A stretch of 56,106 bases of DNA from Clostridiales bacterium (GTDB lineage Bacteria > Bacillota > Clostridia > Lachnospirales > Lachnospiraceae), in NCBI GenBank assembly GCA_021204005.1, contig JAJQAD010000144.1, forward strand, positions 1-56,106, read 5' to 3'. The position numbers and the translations under genes are program-made. Position 1 is the stretch's first letter, and the number at the start of each line of letters is the position of its first letter. A model generated the notes under the pieces. The model saw only the letters and a list, made by a program, of their open reading frames with translations, did not search any database and was not told where the DNA came from. Below are positions 1 to 10,031 of the stretch, piece after piece.

Positions 1-22
1 GGCTGGGAGATCAACAGTTCCC

Positions 23-50
23 GCATATTTTCCCGCAGACTGCATATGCT
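23..50 (+). promoter_or_regulatory. Putative SigE-type (sporulation mother-cell) promoter
   Basis: GCATATT (23-29), 13 nt, CATATGCT (43-50) resembles the SigE consensus (ATAnn-N13/14-CATACAnT), upstream of the ORF at 82. Confidence 0.45.
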
Positions 51-81
51 TTACAAATAAGACAAAAAGGGGAAATTGCGT

Positions 82-549
82 ATGGGTTCGAAGACAAGGA
101 TCGTAGTCCTTCATATGAAAGAGGTGATATATACCGCCATCTTTATTGTATTAGGCATTGTCCTGGTTTTGCTGCTGGTGTTTATGTTTGGACCGGGCAG
201 GAAAACACAGGACGCGGAAGAAACCGCATTATATAATGCCGGTGTTTATACGTCATCTATTCAGCTGGATGGCCGGACGGTTGATGTGCAGGTGGTGGTG
301 GATGAGGATCATATCAATTCGGTTTCCCTGGTTAATCTGGATGAGACGGTGGCCACGATGTATCCGCTGCTGCAGGATTCCATGGACAGTATCAGCCAGC
401 AGATTTATGAAAGTCAATCGACTGACAGTATTTCCTATACTACAGATAACCAGTATACTGCAACAATTCTGCTGGATGCGGTGGATGCGGCGCTGGATAA
501 GGCGAAAGTGGAAGCGGAAGAATCCGAGGATGAAGCATCCGGAGAGTAA
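82..549 (+). CDS. Hypothetical membrane-anchored protein with possible FMN-binding-like extracellular domain
   Basis: ATG 82 after AAGGGG SD; one N-terminal TM helix (YTAIFIVLGIVLVLLLVFMF); acidic C-domain (YNAGVYTSSI...VQVVVD...I.SV) ending LDAVDAAL. Confidence 0.75.
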   Translation: MGSKTRIVVLHMKEVIYTAIFIVLGIVLVLLLVFMFGPGRKTQDAEETALYNAGVYTSSIQLDGRTVDVQVVVDEDHINSVSLVNLDETVATMYPLLQDSMDSISQQIYESQSTDSISYTTDNQYTATILLDAVDAALDKAKVEAEESEDEASGE

Positions 550-727
550 ACATAAAAAATTACTCGTACGCGATTTTGCATGCGGGCATTTTTTTAGAAA
601 ATTTTATTTGGATTTTTTGACGGAAAAACAAATATCGTTGCTTTGAACGGCTCTATGGTGTCTGCATGTTTCTGATAAAGAACATGGCAGGCACTTTCTT
701 TTTGCCGGAATCTGTTATATAATCATT

Positions 728-745
728 CTGTTAAAAAATTAACAA
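728..745 (+). promoter_or_regulatory. Rex (NADH/NAD+ sensor) operator just downstream of a TATAAT -10 box (718-723)
   Basis: CTGTTAA-AAAA-TTAACAA is one mismatch from the clostridial Rex consensus TTGTTAA-N4-TTAACAA. Confidence 0.75.
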
Positions 746-782
746 AACGAATTATGACGATGGCAAAGAGGGAGTGAAAGAT

Positions 783-2231
783 ATGTTTGCTGATGAGAAC
801 ATGATTCAGATTAAACACGATGTGCTTTATGAGGTGGCGAAGCTGGCCTTTGCAGATGAGCTGGAGGAAAAGCGGGACTGGCTGCCGGAGATGATGATTC
901 CGGGACCCATGCCCAAGTTTCGCTGTTGTATTTATAAAGAGAGAGAGATTATCCGTCAGCGTATCCGTCTGGCGGAGGGGAAGGCTCCGGGGGTGGAGGA
1001 CGACGGGAATATTATCCAGGTGATCAGTGCCGCCTGCGCGGACTGTCCGATTTCCTCTTATACGGTGACGGAGAACTGCCAGAACTGTGTCGGAAAAGCC
1101 TGCATCAGCGCCTGCAAGTTCGGCGCGGTGGAGCGCGGCCGGTATCGTTCCCATATTGACGCTTCCAAGTGCAAGGAGTGCGGCAAATGTGCGCAGGCCT
1201 GCCCGTACAACGCGATTGCTCATCTGATGCGTCCCTGTAAATTCAGCTGTCCGGTGGATGCCATTACATACGATGAGAATGGGATTTCGGTGATTAATAA
1301 GGATAAATGCATTCGCTGCGGCCAGTGTATCCATCGCTGTCCGTTTGCCGCGATCGGATCGAAGACATATATTGTGGATGTGATTCGCGCCTTGAAATCT
1401 GACCGGCCGGTCTACGTGATGGCAGCTCCGGCTACAGAGGGGCAGTTCGGCAAGGATATCACGATGGCGAGCTGGAAAAAGGCGATGGCAGAGATCGGAT
1501 TTGACGGTTTTTATGAGGTCGGTCTCGGCGGTGATATGACGGCGGCTTCTGAGGCGGAAGAGTGGGCGGAGGCCTATAAAAACGGGGAGAAAAAGGTGAC
1601 TTCCTGCTGCCCGGCGTTTGTCAATATGGTGAGAAAACATTATCCGCAGGCGGCGGACCGCATTTCTACCACGGTATCACCTATGTGCGCGGTTTCGCGA
1701 TTGATTAAATCCCGGGTACCGGACGCGGTCACAGTCTTTGTCGGCCCGTGCCTGGCTAAAAAATCTGAGGTGGCGGACCAGCAGATTGAGGGCAATGCGG
1801 ATTACGTGCTCACTTACAGTGAGATGCACGCCATCCGGCGCGCGAAAGGGGTTTCTCTGGATCCGGTGGAAAATACAGAACAGATGGCTTCTGTTTATGG
1901 GAAGCGGTTTGCTTCCTCCGGCGGGGTGACGAACGCCGTACTGCAGAGCCTGGAAGAGATGGACGCAAACACGGAGATCAAGGTATGCCGTGCGAATGGG
2001 GCGGCTGAGTGCAAAAAGGCGCTGCTGCTTTTGAAAGCAGGGCGGCTGCCGGAAGATTTTGTGGAGGGAATGGTCTGCGAGGGCGGCTGTGTCGGCGGAC
2101 CGAGCTCCAGGAAAGACCAGGCGGTCTCCAGAAAAGACAGGGAGGCGCTTTTGAAAGAGGCGGATGGCCGTGGGATTCACGAGAATCTGAGCAATTATCC
2201 GATGGAGCAGTTTTCCATGCACAGGGAGTGA
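783..2231 (+). CDS. Monomeric [FeFe]-hydrogenase with several [4Fe-4S] ferredoxin modules (probably group B)
   Basis: H-cluster motifs TSCCPAF, GPCLAKKSE and EGMVCEGGCVGGP; several CxxCxxCxxxCP motifs; ATG 783 is 8 nt after AGAGGGAG. Confidence 0.9.
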   Translation: MFADENMIQIKHDVLYEVAKLAFADELEEKRDWLPEMMIPGPMPKFRCCIYKEREIIRQRIRLAEGKAPGVEDDGNIIQVISAACADCPISSYTVTENCQNCVGKACISACKFGAVERGRYRSHIDASKCKECGKCAQACPYNAIAHLMRPCKFSCPVDAITYDENGISVINKDKCIRCGQCIHRCPFAAIGSKTYIVDVIRALKSDRPVYVMAAPATEGQFGKDITMASWKKAMAEIGFDGFYEVGLGGDMTAASEAEEWAEAYKNGEKKVTSCCPAFVNMVRKHYPQAADRISTTVSPMCAVSRLIKSRVPDAVTVFVGPCLAKKSEVADQQIEGNADYVLTYSEMHAIRRAKGVSLDPVENTEQMASVYGKRFASSGGVTNAVLQSLEEMDANTEIKVCRANGAAECKKALLLLKAGRLPEDFVEGMVCEGGCVGGPSSRKDQAVSRKDREALLKEADGRGIHENLSNYPMEQFSMHRE

Positions 2232-2344
2232 TTTTCCTGGCGGGTATGAGAGACATTGGAATTGAAAGTGACTGCTGAAGAACAGCCGGTTGGTTCACTT
2301 CTGACATGATAAGTATAGGATGAAGTTTCCCGGTAGAGCGAAAA

Positions 2345-2399
2345 AATAGCGTGACATAACCCATGGCAGAAAATGCTGTAAGGTTTATGTCACGCTATT
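2345..2399. terminator. Long inverted repeat, probable bidirectional terminator between convergent genes
   Basis: AATAGCGTGACATAA (2345-2359) / TTATGTCACGCTATT (2385-2399), flanked by A- and T-runs. Confidence 0.7.
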
Positions 2400-2459
2400 A
2401 TTTTCTCATAGTATCGTCATCCGCCCTGCCTTTGACATGGGAATGTTTGAACTGTGTGC

Positions 2460-2690
2460 CTACAATCCGCTCGTATAGTTTGTGATACCGGAAGTGTTAA
2501 TCGTTATTGTCTCGATATCTACGTTGCTCTGATACAGGCTGTATCCCGAATATCCCAGCCACACTACGATGGCGGCAGCGGCAAGCCCGCCGATTACTTT
2601 TGCCAGCAGTGCGCGCTGCTTTGCCTGTTTCATTTCCTTCTGACGATTCTTTTTATGCTCTTTATAGCGGTCGACTTTTGCCTGACTCAT
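2460..2690 (-). CDS. Small conserved hypothetical membrane protein
   Basis: 76 aa; basic N-terminus (MSQAKVDRYKEHKKNR) then one TM helix; AAGGAG SD on the - strand. Confidence 0.75.
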   Translation of the reverse strand: MSQAKVDRYKEHKKNRQKEMKQAKQRALLAKVIGGLAAAAIVVWLGYSGYSLYQSNVDIETITINTSGITNYTSGL

Positions 2691-2855
2691 CCTGAAAACT
2701 CCTTTTCAAATAAACTGAACAGAGTATAGCACAGAACCGGCGGATTCGTCAAACGGAATGTGGCTACTTTTTGGTAACCACTTTATTTGAAATAAAAAGT
2801 ATGATAGAATTGTTGCAATTAGCATATTTAACACAGAACAGGGCGGAGGAATCAG

Positions 2856-3704
2856 ATGAGTTACGCGGACAAAGTATTTATCGATATGTGTACCGACATT
2901 ATTCAGAATGGGACCAGTACGGAGGGGGAGAAGGTTCGCCCAAAATGGGAGGACGGCAGCAGTGCCTACACGATCAAAAAATTCGGCGTGGTGAACCGCT
3001 ATGACCTTTCCAAAGAGTTCCCGGCCCTGACGCTTCGGCGCACTGCGATTAAGAGCTGCACCGATGAGATGCTCTGGATCTGGCAGCAGAAGTCCAACAA
3101 CATCCATGATCTGCACAGCCATATCTGGGATGAATGGGCGGATAAAAACGGTTCCATCGGAAAAGCATACGGCTATCAGATGAGCGTAAAGCATCAGTAC
3201 AAAGAGGGGATGATGGATCAGGTTGACCGCGTCATTTATGATCTGAAGCACAATCCTTACAGCCGCAGAATCATGACGAATCTTTATGTGCATCAGGATC
3301 TGCATGAGATGAACCTCTATCCCTGCGCCTACAGCATGACGTTTAATGTGACCAAAAAGCGGGGGGAGGATAAGCTGGTCCTGAATGCTATTTTAAACCA
3401 GCGTTCCCAGGATGTTCTGACAGCCAATAACTGGAATGTTTGTCAGTATGCGGTGCTGGTACATATGCTTGCCCAGGTCTGTGATATGCAGGCGGGGGAG
3501 CTGGTGCACGTCATCGCGGATGCGCATATCTATGACCGTCATATTCCCCTGGTGCAGGAGTTGATCACCCGGGAGCCGTATCCGGCGCCGACATTCTGGC
3601 TGAACCCGGATGTGAAGGATTTTTACGAGTTCACGCGGGATGATGTGAAGCTGATCGATTACCGGACCGGACCGCAGATAGAGAACATTCCGGTTGCCGT
3701 GTAG
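2856..3704 (+). CDS. thyA: Thymidylate synthase
   Basis: IWDEWAD, catalytic LYPC, LNQRSQD and HIYDRH motifs; GGAGG SD; extended -10 TGATAGAAT at 2802-2810. Confidence 0.97.
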   Translation: MSYADKVFIDMCTDIIQNGTSTEGEKVRPKWEDGSSAYTIKKFGVVNRYDLSKEFPALTLRRTAIKSCTDEMLWIWQQKSNNIHDLHSHIWDEWADKNGSIGKAYGYQMSVKHQYKEGMMDQVDRVIYDLKHNPYSRRIMTNLYVHQDLHEMNLYPCAYSMTFNVTKKRGEDKLVLNAILNQRSQDVLTANNWNVCQYAVLVHMLAQVCDMQAGELVHVIADAHIYDRHIPLVQELITREPYPAPTFWLNPDVKDFYEFTRDDVKLIDYRTGPQIENIPVAV

Positions 3705-3721
3705 AGAGAAGGAGAATTTCC

Positions 3722-4228
3722 ATGAATTTAATTGCCGCTGTCGATGCCAACTGGGCCATCGGCCTCAAAAATAAACTTTTAGTGCGTATCCCGGAGGATA
3801 TGAAGTTTTTCCGTCAGACTACAACGGGAAAAGTGGTTGTCATGGGGCGGAAGACCCTGGAGAGTTTTCCGAACGGCCGACCGCTGGCTAACCGGGTCAA
3901 CATCGTCCTGACAAGAGACCCGGATTATACAGTGAAAGGTGCGGTTATCGTGCACGACATGGACGAGCTTCACGCGGAGATTGCAAAGTATCCGTCCGAG
4001 GATGTCTATGTCATAGGCGGGGAGAGCATTTACCGCCAACTGGCGGATGAGTGTGATGTGGCGCATATCACTAAGATTAATTATAAGTATGAGGCGGACG
4101 CGTATTTTCCGAATCTGGACGAGAAACCGGAGTGGAGAATTACAGCGGACAGCGAGGAGCAGACATATTTTGATCTGGAATATTATTTTTATAAGTATGA
4201 AAAAACAGAGAATTGTGAGCAGCGATAA
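3722..4228 (+). CDS. folA: Dihydrofolate reductase
   Basis: AIG, DMKFF, VVMGRKT, PLANRVNIVLT, VIGG and DAYFP motifs; directly after thyA. Confidence 0.96.
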   Translation: MNLIAAVDANWAIGLKNKLLVRIPEDMKFFRQTTTGKVVVMGRKTLESFPNGRPLANRVNIVLTRDPDYTVKGAVIVHDMDELHAEIAKYPSEDVYVIGGESIYRQLADECDVAHITKINYKYEADAYFPNLDEKPEWRITADSEEQTYFDLEYYFYKYEKTENCEQR

Positions 4229-4309
4229 ATAAGATGCGTGAGAGGAGATTTTCGCCGGGGATCACAGATGTGCTGACCTGACGAAACAGCGAGGAAGGAC
4301 GATGATGGC

Positions 4310-5260
4310 ATGAGCAATTTCTTATTCAGCGTCAATGTGACGATCCCTATTTTTCTGGTGATGGTCGTAGGGTATTTCTTAAGAAGAATCGGTATTTTAA
4401 ACGAGAATTTTGTCGATGTCTCAAACAAGTTTAATTTTACGGTCACCCTGCCGGTGCTGTTGTATAAGGATCTGGCCAGTGTGGATATACTGGAGGTGTT
4501 TGACCTGAAGTATGTGCTGTTTTGTGCTGTCGCAACCTCCGTCGGATTCTGGGGATCCTGGGCGATCGCAAAGCTGACATTGAAGGATCGGTCGCTTCGG
4601 GGTGCTTTTACGCAGGCGTCGTTCCGCAGCAGTGCGGCGGTCATGGGACTTGCCTTTATCCAGAATATATACGGGGAATCCGCCATGGGGTCGCTGATGA
4701 TCATCGGAGCTGTTCCGCTGTATAATATTTATTCCGTGATCGTTCTTACGTTCGAGGGAGATCATCCGGAAGGCGAGCGTGATACGGGGAAGATTAAACA
4801 ATCCTGCATCAATATCGTAAAGAACCCGATCATCATCGCTATCGTAATCGGTGTTGTCGTGGCGCTGCTGGGCAATCCGCTGCCCACCCTGGTGAACTCT
4901 ACCGTGGAGAATATCGCAAAGATGGCGACGCCGCTGGCTCTGATCGGACTCGGCGCCGGCTTTGAGGGAAGAAAAGCGCTGAAAAAGATTAAGCCGACCC
5001 TGGGGGCCTCGTTTATCAAGCTTATCGCTCAGGCCGCTATTTTCATACCGATTGCCGCTTATCTGGGATTTACGGGAGAAAAGATGGTGGCACTGACAGT
5101 GATGCTGGCGGGTCCGGCTACGCCGAGCTGCTATATCATGGCGAAAAATATGCATAATGACGGAGTGCTTACCGCGAGTATTGTGGTGGCCACGACATTG
5201 CTGTCCTCGGTGACCCTGACGATGTGGATCTTTATATTGCGGACAGTTGGGTGGATATGA
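4310..5260 (+). CDS. AEC (auxin efflux carrier) family transporter
   Basis: About 10 TM helices; PIF..M..GY, NPII, ATPLAL..LG motifs. Confidence 0.88.
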   Translation: MSNFLFSVNVTIPIFLVMVVGYFLRRIGILNENFVDVSNKFNFTVTLPVLLYKDLASVDILEVFDLKYVLFCAVATSVGFWGSWAIAKLTLKDRSLRGAFTQASFRSSAAVMGLAFIQNIYGESAMGSLMIIGAVPLYNIYSVIVLTFEGDHPEGERDTGKIKQSCINIVKNPIIIAIVIGVVVALLGNPLPTLVNSTVENIAKMATPLALIGLGAGFEGRKALKKIKPTLGASFIKLIAQAAIFIPIAAYLGFTGEKMVALTVMLAGPATPSCYIMAKNMHNDGVLTASIVVATTLLSSVTLTMWIFILRTVGWI

Positions 5261-5353
5261 TGCAAACAATGAGGAAAACGCAGAGAAGAAAGAGAACGTA
5301 GAGAAGCATCTGGTTTGCATCAACAGATAAAGTAAAGAGAGGGGAAAAATACC

Positions 5354-7096
5354 ATGGAAATATCAGGAACAAAATTATTTCTGCGTGCCCTGGAGGCGGA
5401 GGGCGTGGAAAAGATTTTTGCATATCCGGGCGGCACGGTGACAGATTTATTTGACGAACTTTACCGCAACAGCGATATTGACGTTGTTCTGCCGCGCCAT
5501 GAACAGGCTCTGGTTCATGAGGCGGAGGGTTATGCCCGGGAGACCGGCAAGACCGGCGTCTGTCTGGTGACCAGCGGGCCGGGCGCCACGAATACGGTGA
5601 CGGCCATTGCGGATGCGTTTCTGGACAGTATTCCCCTGGTCGTTTTTACAGGGCAGGTCGCTCTGGGACTGATCGGAAACGAGGCGTTCCAGGAGGTGGA
5701 TATTGTCGGAATCACGCGGCATATTACAAAATACAGTGTCACGGTCCGGGACAGGAAGGAGCTTGGCAGGATTATAAAAATGGCGTTTCGGATTGCTTCC
5801 ACAGGAAAACCGGGACCGGTGCTGATCGATCTGCCGAAGGATATTCAGACGGCGAACGGACCGGCGGAGTATCCGGCCAGTGTGGATATCAGGGGATACA
5901 GGATTAATGACGGCGTCCATATCGGGCAGCTCAGGAAAGCGACAAAGCTTTTAAAGAGCGCGGGGAGACCCATTATCCTCGCCGGCGGCGGAGTGAATAT
6001 TTCCGGAGCGGGAGAAGAACTCGCCCGCCTGGCGGAGCTGACTCACATACCGGTTATCACCACAGTAATGGGAAAAGGAGCGATTCCGACAGACCATCCT
6101 TATTATATCGGGAGCAGCGGCCTGCATGGAAAATACGCGGCGAATATTGCTATCAGCCAGTGCAATCTGCTTTTTTCCATCGGCACCCGTTTCAATGACA
6201 GGGTGACCGGGGATTTGAGCGAGTTTGCGCCCAAGGCAAAGATCATCCATCTGGATGTGGACGCTGCGGCTATCTCGCGGAATGTGGTGGTTGACGTTCC
6301 GATTGTGGCGGACGCGAAAGTGGCTCTGGCACAGATGGTGGAGTGGATTGAGAACGAGTGGAAAGGTCCGAAAGATACTTCGGACTGGATGAAGCAGATT
6401 AAAAAGTGGGATCAGGAGCATCCGCTGGAAATGCGCCGCAATAAAGGCATGACGCCCCAGATGATCATGGAGGGGTTAAACGAAGTTTATCCCGACGAGG
6501 TGACTTATGTGACGGATGTGGGCCAGCATCAGATGTGGGCCAGCCAGTTTTTACATATTAATGAGAAAAAGAAACTGATCACTTCCGGCGGCCTGGGAAC
6601 GATGGGATTCGGCTTCCCGGCGGCTCTGGGCGCGAAGATGGGTCATCCGGACCGTCCGGTGGTCTGCATCACCGGGGACGGCGGATTTCAGATGAATATG
6701 CAGGAGATGGCGACGGCAATCATACAGGACGCGCCGGTCACAATCTGCCTTCTGAACAATTACTACCTCGGTATGGTGCGGCAGATGCAGCAGCTGTTTT
6801 ACGGAAAAAGGTATTCGGCCACCTGCCTTCGCCGCAGAAAGAGCTGCCCGGCACACTGTAAGGGACCGAATGAAAACTGTCCGCCGTATGTTCCGGATTT
6901 CATGAAATGGGCGGAAAGCTACGGCGCGCACGCCATCCGCGTGGAGCGGGAGGAGGACATCGTCCCGGCGCTGCAGAAAGCCAGAGAGAACACGGATGCG
7001 CCGACACTGATTGAGTTTATGATCGCCACGGAGGAGCTGGTTCTTCCGATGGTGCCGGGCGGAAATCCGATGAACAAGATGATTCTGGAGGGATAG
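5354..7096 (+). CDS. ilvB: Acetolactate synthase large subunit
   Basis: RHEQ, TSGPGATN, FQEVD, DVGQHQMW, SGGLGTMGFG and ThDP motif GDGGFQMN...NN.YLGMVRQ. Confidence 0.95.
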   Translation: MEISGTKLFLRALEAEGVEKIFAYPGGTVTDLFDELYRNSDIDVVLPRHEQALVHEAEGYARETGKTGVCLVTSGPGATNTVTAIADAFLDSIPLVVFTGQVALGLIGNEAFQEVDIVGITRHITKYSVTVRDRKELGRIIKMAFRIASTGKPGPVLIDLPKDIQTANGPAEYPASVDIRGYRINDGVHIGQLRKATKLLKSAGRPIILAGGGVNISGAGEELARLAELTHIPVITTVMGKGAIPTDHPYYIGSSGLHGKYAANIAISQCNLLFSIGTRFNDRVTGDLSEFAPKAKIIHLDVDAAAISRNVVVDVPIVADAKVALAQMVEWIENEWKGPKDTSDWMKQIKKWDQEHPLEMRRNKGMTPQMIMEGLNEVYPDEVTYVTDVGQHQMWASQFLHINEKKKLITSGGLGTMGFGFPAALGAKMGHPDRPVVCITGDGGFQMNMQEMATAIIQDAPVTICLLNNYYLGMVRQMQQLFYGKRYSATCLRRRKSCPAHCKGPNENCPPYVPDFMKWAESYGAHAIRVEREEDIVPALQKARENTDAPTLIEFMIATEELVLPMVPGGNPMNKMILEG

Positions 7097-7200
7097 ATCA
7101 GTATATGAACATAAGTGATGATAACCGGTGATGGCATGAGTGAGAATTACGGTGCCATCCGCTTTCACTGCAGCAGAAGTAGAGAAGGGAGAAAAAGGCC

Positions 7201-7701
7201 ATGATGAAAAACAGATGGATTGCCCTCTATGTGGAAAATCAGGTTGGTGTTCTTGCCAAGATATCCGGACTTTTTGCCGGGAAATCCTACAATCTGGAGA
7301 GCCTGACCGTGGGTACGACGGAGGATGAGAGCGTTTCCCGCATGACGATCCGCAGCACCTGCGACGACCGGACATTTGAGCAGATCAAAAAGCAGTTAAA
7401 CCGTATGGTGGAGGTCATCAAGGTGATGGATCTGACGGACACGCCGATTCACATGAAAGAGGTCATGTTTGCCAAGATAAAAAAATGTTCCGATATGGAC
7501 AAAGCAGAGGCATTCCGCATCGCGGATGTCTTTAAAGTCCACGTGATCGATATCGGAGAAAACAGCGTGCTTTTGGAGTGCATGCTGACGGAACACAGGA
7601 ATAATGAACTGATCAGCCTGTTAAAATCCCGGTTTGCGGCGGTGGAGATCGTCCGCGGCGGTGCGGTGGCGATCGAGTCTATCAGCACTTCCTGCCGGTA
7701 A
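7201..7701 (+). CDS. ilvN: Acetolactate synthase small (regulatory ACT) subunit
   Basis: VENQVGVLAKISGLF...YNLESLTVG...SRMTI...EQIKKQLNR. Confidence 0.93.
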   Translation: MMKNRWIALYVENQVGVLAKISGLFAGKSYNLESLTVGTTEDESVSRMTIRSTCDDRTFEQIKKQLNRMVEVIKVMDLTDTPIHMKEVMFAKIKKCSDMDKAEAFRIADVFKVHVIDIGENSVLLECMLTEHRNNELISLLKSRFAAVEIVRGGAVAIESISTSCR

Positions 7702-7940
7702 AAGCAGCCTGAACGAACATCTATGAACGCAAATTCCTGATCAAAATATTTATTTGTTAAATTAGGTCTGGTAAAATCTAATGTTTTGCGGTAGAGTAAT
7801 AATGTAGTGTTTTTATGAAAGTTCAGTGTATTTTTTCCTGCAAATACGAGAGGATTTGACGGTATGGTCTGGGACAAATTGCAGGATATGAAGCAGGAAT
7901 ATTCAAAAAAGAAAAAATAAAAGGAAAGAAGGACAGCAGA

Positions 7941-8966
7941 ATGGAAAAGAAAAACATCGACTGGGGCAACCTTGATTTCGGATATCGGGAGACCGACAAA
8001 CGATTTGTCTCCATGTACACGAACGGAGCATGGGACGAGGGAAAACTCACGAATGACCCTAATATCACCATGAATGAGTGTGCCGGCGTCCTCCAGTATG
8101 CGCAGACTGTGTTTGAGGGATTGAAAGCTTACGAGACAGTGGATGGGAAAATCGTTCTGTTCCGTCCGGACCTGAACGCGAGCCGTCTGTCTGATTCCGC
8201 GAAGCGGCTGGAAATGCCGGTTTATCCGGAGGATAAATTTGTGGAGGCAGTCAAAGCGACAGTAAAAGCCAATGCGGCCTATGTTCCGCCCTATGGCACA
8301 GGAGCTACATTGTATGTTCGCCCGTATGAGTTTGGTTACAATGCGGTCATTGGTGTAAAGCCGGCGGACGACTATATGTTCCGCGTCTTTACCACGCCGG
8401 TGGGACCGTATTTCAAGGGCGGTGTGAAGCCTTTATACATCAAGATTTCTGATTATGACCGCGCGGCGCCGCATGGCACCGGCAACATCAAGGCCGGATT
8501 AAACTATGCGATGAGCCTGTATCCGATTGTGACGGCTCACGAGGAAGGCTTTTCCGAGAATATGTATCTTGACCCCGGTACCCGGACAAAGGTGGAGGAG
8601 ACCGGCGGAGCAAACTTCCTCTTTGTCACGAAGGAAGGCAAGCTGGTTACTCCGAAGTCAGACAGCATCCTGCCGTCCATCACCCGCCGCTCCCTGATGT
8701 ATGTGGCAGAGCATTATCTGGGCATGGAAGTAGAGCAGAGAGTTGTCTACAAGGAAGAACTGACTGATTTTGTTGAGATCGGACTCTGCGGCACGGCGGC
8801 AGTGATTTCTCCGGTGGGCAAGATCTATGATCACGGCACAGACATCTGCGTGCCCAGCGGTATGGATGAGATGGGACCGGTGTTGGCGAAGCTTCGTGCG
8901 ACGCTGGTGGATATCCAGGATGGCAAGCTGGAAGCGCCGGAGGGCTGGATTCAGGTTGTAGAGTAA
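7941..8966 (+). CDS. ilvE: Branched-chain amino acid aminotransferase
   Basis: LQYAQTVFEGLKAY, PLP lysine in K.GLNY, EETGGANF, ILPSITR, GTAAVISP. Confidence 0.95.
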   Translation: MEKKNIDWGNLDFGYRETDKRFVSMYTNGAWDEGKLTNDPNITMNECAGVLQYAQTVFEGLKAYETVDGKIVLFRPDLNASRLSDSAKRLEMPVYPEDKFVEAVKATVKANAAYVPPYGTGATLYVRPYEFGYNAVIGVKPADDYMFRVFTTPVGPYFKGGVKPLYIKISDYDRAAPHGTGNIKAGLNYAMSLYPIVTAHEEGFSENMYLDPGTRTKVEETGGANFLFVTKEGKLVTPKSDSILPSITRRSLMYVAEHYLGMEVEQRVVYKEELTDFVEIGLCGTAAVISPVGKIYDHGTDICVPSGMDEMGPVLAKLRATLVDIQDGKLEAPEGWIQVVE

Positions 8967-8988
8967 AAAATGAGGAAATAAGTAATTC

Positions 8989-9029
8989 CAAAACGGACAG
9001 GTGCATTACAGAAAAGCCTGTCCGTTTTG
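8989..9029. terminator. Bidirectional intrinsic terminator
   Basis: CAAAACGGACAGG (8989-9001) / CCTGTCCGTTTTG (9017-9029) between convergent genes. Confidence 0.8.
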
Positions 9030-9032
9030 CTG

Positions 9033-9815
9033 TTATAATTCCGGAGAATTCTTCCTCGGACAGGGCATAGCTGCCTTGATTTCCTGATAGCGTGCGGTGA
9101 TCTCATCATAGTTTTCCCGCAAATGAGGGTACAGGCAGTTTGTGCAGTCTTTTGTGCCGGTGGAGAGATAGCGGAAGTTTCCGCCGCACTGGTCGCCCAG
9201 AAGATAAAATGGGCAGTAACAGAACAGACAGTTGAAGTTATCCGGGTCTGCCCCCTTGTGACAGGGAAAATATTCGCAGTCCTTATGGGAAAAAAAGCGG
9301 TAATTTTTTGTTTTTGCAGTTGCGTGACCTGGTTTACTATGCACTGTTTTTATATGATCTGCCCGTGTGATTTCTTTTCTGACGGGGTCTGTCTGATTGC
9401 TGTTTTCCATGGCATGGCGGAACGTTTCCAGCGCCTCTTCACGCAGAGACCGGCTCAGCGCCAGCATAATATCGTAAGACTTCCCGGAAACCGTAAATAG
9501 GAGATGCCCGGCGTTTTCAGAGTCCTCGCGGCTTTCCGCAGATTGTATTTCATCAAGCGGAATATCGTCAATCATCGGTTTGAATACACCTGGCTGACGG
9601 AGGTAAACGCGTCGGTTCGTGAGGACAAAAAGGGTGTCGGGCGCGACATGAATCCGTCTCTTCCCGCCAGTTACGATGGAGAGATTGGTGATTGCAAGGT
9701 ATAAAATGTATTCATCCTGCGGCAGGGATGCTTCCGCAGATTCTATTATCTTTTTTTCTTTGTTAGAAAAAGTCAGGTGGAAGGTTTCCATCACTTTTTG
9801 TGTATCATTCCTCAA
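9033..9815 (-). CDS. Fusion protein: bacterial PH-like domain plus C-terminal cysteine-rich small (zinc-finger-like) domain
   Basis: TTG start 8 nt after AAAGGAG; PH-like LFVLTNRRVYL...IPLDEIQS; Cys-rich FFSHKDCEYFPCH...FNCLFCYCP...CGG...KDCTNC..PH. Confidence 0.7.
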   Translation of the reverse strand: MRNDTQKVMETFHLTFSNKEKKIIESAEASLPQDEYILYLAITNLSIVTGGKRRIHVAPDTLFVLTNRRVYLRQPGVFKPMIDDIPLDEIQSAESREDSENAGHLLFTVSGKSYDIMLALSRSLREEALETFRHAMENSNQTDPVRKEITRADHIKTVHSKPGHATAKTKNYRFFSHKDCEYFPCHKGADPDNFNCLFCYCPFYLLGDQCGGNFRYLSTGTKDCTNCLYPHLRENYDEITARYQEIKAAMPCPRKNSPEL

Positions 9816-10031
9816 GGGGCAGTCTCCTTTAAAAGCTTTTTGTGTTGGGGCAGCCGATGTAGTTAGCAGACGAAAGCGTTTCACAGAGAATGGAATTGGA
9901 TTGCAAACCGGTTTTCAGGCGGCTCAGCTTAGAAACCGTCCTGAAATAATATGCATATCCTGCGCTGGCTAATTACGCAGATCGTAGTCTCTAAAAGCCT
10001 CGCCTTTTACAAATTCCCGTATGGGTTCATC

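Noticed and set aside
4270-4300. Hammerhead-like CTGACGA...GAAA between folA and the AEC gene
   Set aside because: There is no stem II between the core motifs and no supporting stems I and III.
7720-7940. CodY box upstream of ilvE
   Set aside because: The best candidates have five or more mismatches to AATTTTCWGAAAATT.
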